Source: Candidatus Omnitrophota bacterium (GTDB lineage: Bacteria > Omnitrophota > Gorgyraeia > Zapsychrales > Fredricksoniimonadaceae). Taken from it: a DNA stretch of 64,000 nt. Under the pieces are notes generated by a model. That model did not search any database and was not told where the DNA came from. It saw only the letters and a program-made list of their open reading frames with translations. Location of the stretch: the NCBI GenBank assembly GCA_037131245.1, contig JBAXRK010000003.1, positions 3,333-67,332 of the forward strand, in the 5' to 3' direction. Both the position numbers and the translations under genes were made by a program. Positions 24,286-32,100 of the stretch are shown here, one piece after another. Each line of letters begins with the position of its first letter. The stretch's first letter is position 1.

Positions 24286-25346
24286 CCACTATTATCCTGG
24301 CGATCGTTATCTGGCTGACGGCATTCCCGGCTTGCGCGGGCTTCACCTTGAAGTATTTTATCGACCGGCAGACCGATCCCGTCCGGATGGAGGCGCTGCA
24401 GCCGGACAAGGTGGTCGCCTATAGCGGTGTGCGGCCGGGCATGTCGATCCTCGATATCGGGGCGGGTTGCGGCGTGTTCACGTTCCGTTACGCGACCGCG
24501 CTCGCGGGCACGGGCGCGGTTTACGCGAGCGATATCAATCCGGTCCTTATCAAGTACCTGGGCGATGAAGCGAAGTCCCGGGGGTTAAAGAATGTGATCC
24601 CGCTGCTGGTCGGCCCCAAGGGATTGGACCCGGCCTACGCTAAGTATTCTTATGACCTGATCATTCTGAGCGATATTTACGACCGGCTGCTTGATCCGGT
24701 GAGTTATTTTACGCAGTTACGCCAACTGCTTAATGAAGGCGGGCGGATCATCATTATCAAGACCACTCCCGACGAGTATTTCTTCCCGGGCACCATGACG
24801 CCCTATGACGTGAACAATGCGTTCGTTGCTTTTAGCGCGGTCCAGGCGCGCCATCCGGTGTTTAAGAGATTCCGTGACAAGACCAGGCAGTATGTGCTGC
24901 ATCCGGGTTATGGCCTTACGGCGGAGGAGTTCCATGAATTATTTTCGGACGACCTTAACGCGATGCTGCCGGATCCGGCGTTATTCGGCGAGCTGGCAGC
25001 TTATTATAAGGAACCGGGCGACGATAATCTGATCTATGCTATCGGAAGGATGGGGACCGGACAGGCAGAGTATGTGAAATGGCTATTCGGAGCGCTCGAT
25101 GAAGCCGGTGTTTTTGCCAGGAAACCCGCGGACTTGTCCGCGCGGGAGAGATCCTGGCTGGTCAACCTTAACGGTATCTGTATCCGCGGCATCCTGAAAA
25201 TGAAAAGGCCTTTTACGCTCACGCTGGATTATTACCATGCCGGGGATGCCGGCGTCGACCGGGTAATGGCCCGGGCCGGGTTTGCGCCGGTCAACAAAGA
25301 GTCGCCGCTGAAATATTTTCAGTTCCTGGAATTTGTCAGGAAATAA
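24282..25346 (+). CDS. MTase-E: signal-peptide class-I SAM-methyltransferase-fold protein (paralog)
   Basis: ATGA overlap with MTase-D. Signal IILAIVIWLTAFPACAG. ILDIGAGCGVFTFRY, VYASDIN, YDLIIL, GGRIIIIK, LVNLNGICIRGIL, GFAPVN..FQFLEF. Confidence 0.8.
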   Translation: MTTIILAIVIWLTAFPACAGFTLKYFIDRQTDPVRMEALQPDKVVAYSGVRPGMSILDIGAGCGVFTFRYATALAGTGAVYASDINPVLIKYLGDEAKSRGLKNVIPLLVGPKGLDPAYAKYSYDLIILSDIYDRLLDPVSYFTQLRQLLNEGGRIIIIKTTPDEYFFPGTMTPYDVNNAFVAFSAVQARHPVFKRFRDKTRQYVLHPGYGLTAEEFHELFSDDLNAMLPDPALFGELAAYYKEPGDDNLIYAIGRMGTGQAEYVKWLFGALDEAGVFARKPADLSARERSWLVNLNGICIRGILKMKRPFTLTLDYYHAGDAGVDRVMARAGFAPVNKESPLKYFQFLEFVRK

Positions 25347-25352
25347 ACCGTT

Positions 25353-26777
25353 TCAGGGCAGGTAGGGGTTAAGTTCGCCGTCAGCGTACAGGGCCCGGTC
25401 GAAGGGCATGTGGTCCGGATGGTGGAACTGCAGGCAGAGAGCGTCCACGAAATAATAGCCCCGCTCGGTCACCGTCAGTTTTAATCCGTCCTCTTCCATC
25501 AGGCCGAACTTCTTCATCGCCGTGATCTTCCTTCCAAAAACATCATTGATGCTCTTTCCCGTCCGGGCGCGGTATTCTTCCTTTAAGAGGGTGCGGCGGT
25601 TGCGCAGCGGGTAAATGGCCGCGCGGCGCAGTTGGTCGTCGGGGGTGCCTTTTTTGCCGTGCGCGAAGGGAATGCGTCCCGCGGCGACTTCCTCGGCGTA
25701 GCGGACCAAACTGTCGGATTCCTTGATGGCAATATTGTTCCCGAGTTTGTTATTGGCCGAAACGCCGAAGCCCAGGGTATCGAAAAAGCGGGTGAACTTC
25801 TTTTCGTGATATTGGGAGGTGGTCCCGGTCGTGCGCGAGAACAGGTAATTGTATTGCGTATCGCTGTAGCCGTGCCGGTTGGCGGTGATGATGGCGGCGG
25901 CTTTCATGGCAGCCAGTTCTTCAACGGTAGGGAAATCTGCCGGGGATTTCTTGTGCCGCGCCCAGATCGGCGCGTCATTGAACGATTGCGGCCGGATGCG
26001 CAGTTCATAGGTCTGGAACGAGGAGACATCAAGGTCGATCACATGCCTGATGGTGGCCGCCCAGCTTTCCAGCGTCTGCCCGGGATAACCATAGATCAGG
26101 TCAACGCAGATATTATTAAAACCGTGTTCACGGGCAGAAAGGATGGAGGCCGTGGCTTCTTCCGACGTATGGGCGCGGTTCATTCTTTTAAGCAGGTCAT
26201 TATCGAAAGCCTGGGCGCCGATGGTGATGCGGTTGGCCCCGTATTTAAGAAGCAGCTTGAGTTTGGCGATGCCGTCTTCGCCGGAGATCGTGGTCGGGTC
26301 GGTGTCGAGGGTGAACTGTCCGCACTCTGAAAGGTCGAGCCGGGCAGTGAAGGATGAAAGGAATCGTTCCATCTGCTTCGGGCTCATGTGGGTGGCCGTA
26401 CCGCCGCCGATGCAAATAGCCGACGTGGGGATCCTGGCCAGTTTCAGGTGCCGCAGATAAAGATCCATTTCCTTTTCCAGCGCGTCAAGATAGGTGTCTA
26501 CGTCGTTCGACGAGGCGCCGGTCCGGGTGACGAAATGGCAGAAATGGCAGCGGTTCACGCAGAACGGGATATGCGCGTAAATGACGAAGGGGTCTTTCAC
26601 CTGATAGCCGGCGAAGAATTCTTCTTCGGTGATGGTGAAATTCTTGACCACCGGCGGGTAAAGCACGGCCGGGAAGAACAGGCCGTTCGCCGGCAGGAAA
26701 CCGGCGCGGATCAGTTCCTGGGGGTTGATCTCGGCTGCTTTTTCGCGCGCGAGGCGCAGGATCTCGGGATCGCTCAT
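25353..26777 (-). CDS. HemN/HemZ-like radical SAM enzyme (coproporphyrinogen-III-oxidase family)
   Basis: YAHIPFCVNRCHFCHF (CxxxCxxC), ICIGGGTATHM, RITIGAQAFD..LLKRMNRAHT, VDLIYGYPGQT. Stop lies 6 nt from the convergent MTase-E stop. Confidence 0.8.
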   Translation of the reverse strand: MSDPEILRLAREKAAEINPQELIRAGFLPANGLFFPAVLYPPVVKNFTITEEEFFAGYQVKDPFVIYAHIPFCVNRCHFCHFVTRTGASSNDVDTYLDALEKEMDLYLRHLKLARIPTSAICIGGGTATHMSPKQMERFLSSFTARLDLSECGQFTLDTDPTTISGEDGIAKLKLLLKYGANRITIGAQAFDNDLLKRMNRAHTSEEATASILSAREHGFNNICVDLIYGYPGQTLESWAATIRHVIDLDVSSFQTYELRIRPQSFNDAPIWARHKKSPADFPTVEELAAMKAAAIITANRHGYSDTQYNYLFSRTTGTTSQYHEKKFTRFFDTLGFGVSANNKLGNNIAIKESDSLVRYAEEVAAGRIPFAHGKKGTPDDQLRRAAIYPLRNRRTLLKEEYRARTGKSINDVFGRKITAMKKFGLMEEDGLKLTVTERGYYFVDALCLQFHHPDHMPFDRALYADGELNPYLP

Positions 26778-26783
26778 AGGGTC

Positions 26784-27587
26784 CTATTCTTCCTCAGATA
26801 TGCGCCAGGGTAAAGCTCTTTTTTCGATGGTTTCGATCCCGGCCTGCAGGCCGATCGCCAGAAGCATGATGGTGAAAAGACCGCCGTAAAGGGCGGTAAT
26901 GTTGAAATTCTCCCAAGAGGCCCAGATGCGGTACCCGATGCCTGAATGGCTGGCGAAAAATTCGCTGGCCACCAGGAGCATGAAGCCCGAACCGACCGAC
27001 AGTTTTAATCCGTGCAGAAGAGCCGGCATGGCGGCGGGGATGATGATCGAGCGCCATTCTTCAGCGGCCGAAAGCCGCAACAGACGGGCGATACTGAAAT
27101 ATCTTTTTTCGATGCGGCTGACGCCCTCCAGCACGCTTAGCGCCATCAGGAAGAATGTCCCGGCGGCGATGATGACGATCTTGCTCCATTCCCCCAGGCC
27201 GAACATAAGGATGATGAGCGGCAGGATGGCGATCTTGGGGACCGGATAGCCGGCGACCACCAGCGGATGGAAAAGATCATGCGCCAGGCGAGAGCGCGCC
27301 ATTAAAATGCCGATGATCATGGCGGGTATTCCGCCGATGAGCAAACCGCAGGCGAGCCTCAGGAGGCTGACTGCGACATCGCTACCCAGGTTTCCGGTGA
27401 TGAGTTGCGACCAGAGTTCACGGAAAATAAGTGATGGGGCGGGGAAGAAGCGGTGGTCGATCCAGTTCAGGCGCGCGGCCACTTCCCATAAGGCCAGGAG
27501 GAACAAGGGGGAAAAAGCCCGTCGGATATATTTAGGCACGGGTCCCTCCGTTCTTCGCCTGGAGGTCTTTCGGGTCGAAGATCTCAA
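26784..27587 (-). CDS. ABC transporter permease (SsuC/TauC/NrtB-like)
   Basis: Six hydrophobic helices. Conserved cytoplasmic loop SIARLLRLSAAEEWRSIIIPAAMPALLHGLKLS. Alternative GTG start at 27539. 6 nt upstream of the radical SAM gene. Confidence 0.75.
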   Translation of the reverse strand: MRSSTRKTSRRRTEGPVPKYIRRAFSPLFLLALWEVAARLNWIDHRFFPAPSLIFRELWSQLITGNLGSDVAVSLLRLACGLLIGGIPAMIIGILMARSRLAHDLFHPLVVAGYPVPKIAILPLIILMFGLGEWSKIVIIAAGTFFLMALSVLEGVSRIEKRYFSIARLLRLSAAEEWRSIIIPAAMPALLHGLKLSVGSGFMLLVASEFFASHSGIGYRIWASWENFNITALYGGLFTIMLLAIGLQAGIETIEKRALPWRISEEE

Positions 27588-28224
27588 GGACTCTGGACGG
27601 CCGTTCGCTAAGGATCATGACCTTGCGGCTGAGGGAGAGCGCTTCCTGAAGATCATGGGTGACCAGGATCATGGTTTGTTTCCGCCGGTGCGCGATATCA
27701 AGCAAAACCTGATGCAGGCCGCGGCGGGCTTCTTCGTCGAGGTGGGCGGATGGCTCATCCATCAAAAGAAGTTCCGGTTCCAGGCTCAAGGCGCGGGCCA
27801 GTGACGCGCGTTTTTTCATGCCGCCGGAAAGCCGGGACGGATAGTAGCCGGCGAAAGCGGCGAGGTCAACGTTGGCCAGGCAGGTTTTCGTGAGCTCTCT
27901 GGCCGTGCTACGGTCTTTGCCGGCACTTTTAAGGGCCAGCAACATGTTTTCTTCGACGGTCAGCCAGGGGAAAAGGTCATCTTCCTGAAACACCAGCGCG
28001 ATCCCGCCGCGGCCGCCGTTGATCGTAACCTCGCCGCTATCGGTGGATTTGATGCCGGCGATGATCTCCAAGAGTGTTGTTTTTCCGCAGCCGCCCGGGC
28101 CCATGATCGACAGGAAATCGCCTTTGTCAACAGTGAACGAGATCCCGTCGATAACGGGCAGGACATCTTTGCCGGGGATCGGAAAGCTTTTTTTAAGGTT
28201 ATTGACGCTCAGGTGCGGGGTCAT
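27532..28224 (-). CDS. ABC transporter ATP-binding protein (SsuB/TauB-like)
   Basis: Internal ATG at 28224 (MTPHLSVNNLKKSF) lies 2 nt after the EamA stop. Walker A GPGGCGKTT, Q-loop, signature LSGGMKKR, Walker B LLLMDEPSAHLD, H-loop VTHD. Confidence 0.9.
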   Translation of the reverse strand: MTPHLSVNNLKKSFPIPGKDVLPVIDGISFTVDKGDFLSIMGPGGCGKTTLLEIIAGIKSTDSGEVTINGGRGGIALVFQEDDLFPWLTVEENMLLALKSAGKDRSTARELTKTCLANVDLAAFAGYYPSRLSGGMKKRASLARALSLEPELLLMDEPSAHLDEEARRGLHQVLLDIAHRRKQTMILVTHDLQEALSLSRKVMILSERPSRVLEIFDPKDLQAKNGGTRA

Positions 28225-28226
28225 TG

Positions 28227-29123
28227 TTATTTTCCAAAAAAGATCAGGGTGACACCGCCTACCGCGACCGCGGCTCCCAGGCAGGCGCGCGTGGTTATCT
28301 TTTCTTTCAGCCAAAAGGCCGATAGCGGCAGGATGAACAAAGCCGCGGTCGAGCCAAGGGTGCTCGCGATCGCCGTCGGCAGGTGCTTGAGGGCGAACAG
28401 TGACAGCCAGAAACCACCGAAGACCGCGACCGCAACAACGAGAGCGACTTTTTTAAATAGTTGCGCGTTCTTGAACGGGACCAGCCAGCCGTCTAAGCGA
28501 CCGGTGCCGGCGCCCCAGATAAACATGCCCAGTGTGCCGAAGAAGAGCCGCAGGAACGTTGCTTCCATGGATGGGATGGACGGCAGGGCGATCCTGGCGA
28601 GAAGCACGGCGATGATCGTGCTGCCGGCAGAGAGGGCGCAGTAAAGAAGCCCGAGCCTTTTGTCGCCGGTCGGCGCGCCGGAGGCCGGGCGCTCTTTCAA
28701 GACCCAGAAAACGCCGGTGATGGTAAGCCCGATCCCTGTCCAGGCCAGGGGAGACGGGTATTCGTTAAGGAAACTCAGCGCGGCGAGCGCGGTGAAGCCC
28801 GGTGTCAGCGTGCCGAATAGCGATGTCTGTCTTGGCCCCAGATTGACCAGCGCGCGGAAGAAAAACGTGTCGCCCAGCGTGATGCCGATGAAACCGCTTA
28901 AAGCCAGCAGCATGACCGTGGTCCATTCCAGGTGATCAAGGCGGGTGAACATGAGCGGCACCGTGAGATACGTGCAGCCGATGATCCCCCGGCACAAATT
29001 CATGCTTTCCGGCGGGATCTGTTCGCCGATCTTTTTCCAGAGGATCGATCCGCAGGCCCAGGCGGCAGAGGAAGCAAGCGCTGCGGCGCAGCTGAGGGTA
29101 ATAATGTTGACAGGCATGGTCAT
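28227..29123 (-). CDS. EamA/DMT-superfamily transporter
   Basis: 298 aa with ten hydrophobic helices as two 5-TM halves. Gly-rich helix ends typical of EamA repeats. Starts 9 nt after the pseudopilin stop. Confidence 0.7.
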   Translation of the reverse strand: MTMPVNIITLSCAAALASSAAWACGSILWKKIGEQIPPESMNLCRGIIGCTYLTVPLMFTRLDHLEWTTVMLLALSGFIGITLGDTFFFRALVNLGPRQTSLFGTLTPGFTALAALSFLNEYPSPLAWTGIGLTITGVFWVLKERPASGAPTGDKRLGLLYCALSAGSTIIAVLLARIALPSIPSMEATFLRLFFGTLGMFIWGAGTGRLDGWLVPFKNAQLFKKVALVVAVAVFGGFWLSLFALKHLPTAIASTLGSTAALFILPLSAFWLKEKITTRACLGAAVAVGGVTLIFFGK

Positions 29124-29132
29124 CGTGATCTT

Positions 29133-32100
29133 CTAATAGCTATAAGTACCAGAGCCGGCGGCTAAAGCCGGGTCGCTGCCGGTGAGCGCGGCATTAGCAT
29201 TGCAGGCTTGTACGGCGGCCTGTAACAGGGTGTAGGCATTGCCGCCGCAGCCCGCATTGGCGGCAATAGTGCAGTCGCCGGTTGTGCGGTAAACCTGGTC
29301 GCAGCACGTCTGGCAATCGCCAAAGTAATCGCAGTTACAGGGGTATGATGTTTGCGCGTCGATCGTGTAGTTGCCGCTGCCGGTCCACCGGGCATAGAGG
29401 GTCACATTGCCTGCGCCGATAGCAAAGGTTGAGTTGACGGCGCGGGCAGTGCCACTGCCGTTGGCAGCGGTGTTCCAGCCGTTGAAATTGTTACTTGTTC
29501 TGGCTAAGCCGCCGGAATTGGTCTTGACCGTGACGGTCTGGCCGTTCGAGTATGAGGTAGCATCCGTCGGGACGGTTCCGCTGGTGGCTCCGTTGCTGTT
29601 GTAGGTCACGAGATAGCCTGTCGGTGTCCATTTGGCATACAGGGTCCAGTTTTGATTCATGGTAAGGCCTGAATTGCCGAAGTTGCTGCCGGTACCGTTG
29701 GCGGCGGTGTTCCAGCTGCTGAAGGTGTAGCCGGTTCTCGTCAGGTTTCCGGTGTTTAACGGAATGGTGGCGGTTGCTCCGGCCGCATAGGCGGTATTGT
29801 CCACCGGTACACTGCCGCCCTCGCTGCCGTTGCCGTTGTAGGTGACGGTATAGGTCGGGTTCCAGACCGCGTACCAGGTGACATTGGCGCTGCCCATGGT
29901 GGCTGTGTCGCCCGCGTTCTTTGAGGTCCCGGTCAGATTGGCCAGGGCGTTCCAGCGGCTAAAGGCGTAGCCGGTCTTGGTCATGGTACCGGCCCCCAGA
30001 AGGGTGTAAGTGGCGCCGTTCGCGTAGGATCCGGCGTCCACAGGTACGCTTCCGCCGGTGCTTCCGCTGCCGTTGTAAGTAACGGTGTAGGTGACGCCCG
30101 TCCACTTGGCATAGAGCGTGGCATTAGCGCCGCCGGTGGTATAGCTAGCGCCGACCGCGTAGGATGTGCCGCTGCCATTGGCGAGGGTATTCCAGCCGGC
30201 GAAGTTATAACCGGTCCTGACCAGGTTCCCGGTATTCCCGGGGAGGGTGATCGTGGAGCCGGGTATATACAGCTGGGCGTCGGTCGGCGCACTGCCGCCG
30301 GTATTGCTATTGCCGTTGTAGGTGACCGTGTAAGCCGGCGTCCAAACGGCATACAGGGTGACATTGGCACTGCCCATGCTGAGCGTTCCATTGAGGTTAT
30401 AGGCGGTTCCGCTTCCGTTGGCAAGCGTGTTCCAGCCGATGATGGTATTGCCGGTCTTGGTCAGAGATCCGCCGCCCTGCAAGGTAACGGTGGCCCCGTT
30501 AAGATAGGCGGCTGCATCCGTCGGCGCGCTGCCGCCGGTATTGCCGTTTCCGTTGTAGGTCACGGAATACCTTGTTCCGCCGTAATAGTATGTTCCGGAG
30601 CTGGCGCCTGTTCCCGGATCGGCACCGCTGAGCGTGGCATTGGCATTGCAGGCCTGCAAGGCGGTCCTTAGCAATGCGTAGGCACTGCCACCGGACCCGT
30701 CACCCGCGTCGCCGGAGACAACACAGGAGCCGGTGGAAGAATAGCCCTGGGAATAGACGGTGTAACAGCTTGACGGATTGAGGCCGCAGTCGCAGTAGCC
30801 GGATGAGCTTTGCGCGTTGATCGTATAGGTTCCGTCTCCTGACCACTGGGCATAAAGGGTGACATTGGCCGAGCCCATGGTCAGGGTCGAGCCGGTGGCA
30901 TAGGCAGTGCCGCTGCCGTTGGCGGCGGTGTTCCAGCCGGTGAACGTGCTATCGGTCTTGGCCAGCGCGCCGGTATTGGAGGCGATGGTAACAGTGGCCC
31001 CGTTGGCATAGCTTGTGGCATCGGTGGGCACGGTACCGCTGGTGGCTCCGTTACTGTTGTAGGTCACTGAATGACCGCTGGAGACCCACTGGGCATAAAG
31101 GGTGACGTTGGCGGCGCCGATGGCAAAGGTTGCAGCTGCGGCGCGCGAGGTCCCGCTGCCGTTGGCGGCGGTGTTCCAGCCGGTAAAGGTATAACCGGTT
31201 TTGGTGAGGCTGCCGACCGCGGCCACGGTGACCGTGTCGCCATTGTAGTAGGCGGTGGCGTCCGACGGAGCGGATCCGCCGGTATTGGTGTTGCCGTTAT
31301 AGGTAACGGTGTAAGTCGCGTTTGCGGTCCATTGGGCGTAAAGAGTGACATTGGCGCCGCCCATGCTGAAGGTGGAGGCGGCCGCCCGGGACGTGCCGCT
31401 GCCGTTGGCGGCGGTGTTCCAGCCGGCAAAGGTGTAATGCGTTCTGACCAGAGTGCCGGTATTGCCGGCGACGGTAACCGTGTCGCCGCCGTAATAAGCG
31501 GATGCATCCGTTGGCACGGCTCCGCCGGTATTGCTGTTGCCGTTATAGGTGACCGTGTAGGTCGGGAGAGCCGTCCACTGGGCGTAAAGCGTGACATTGG
31601 CGCTGCCCATGCTGAAGGTGGAGGCGGCTGCCTGGGACGTGCCGCTGCCGTTGGCGGCGGTGTTCCAGCCGTTGAAGGAGTAGCCTGTTTTGGTAAGGCC
31701 GCCGGTGTTCCCCAGGACGGTGACAGTGGCGCCGATCTGGTAGGTGCTGCCGTCAGTCGGGACGGACCCGCCGGTATTGGTGTTCCCGTTGTAGGTTACG
31801 GTGTAATTCACGGCATTCCATTTGGCGTACAAGGTGGTATTGGCCGCGATGGCAAATGTCCCGCTGCCGGCGGCATAGGTGCTGCCGCTGCCGTTGGCGG
31901 CGGTGTTCCAGCCGCCGAAGGTGTAACCGGTCCTCACCAGAGTTCCGGTGTTGTTGAGCGCAGTGACGGTTGTGTTGTAATTGTATGGGCTGCTGCCGTC
32001 GACCGGCACGGATCCGCCGGTATTGCTGTTGCCATTATAGGTTACGGTGTAGGTATTGATGGTCCATTTGGCATAGAGGGTCACATTGGCGGCGCCGATC

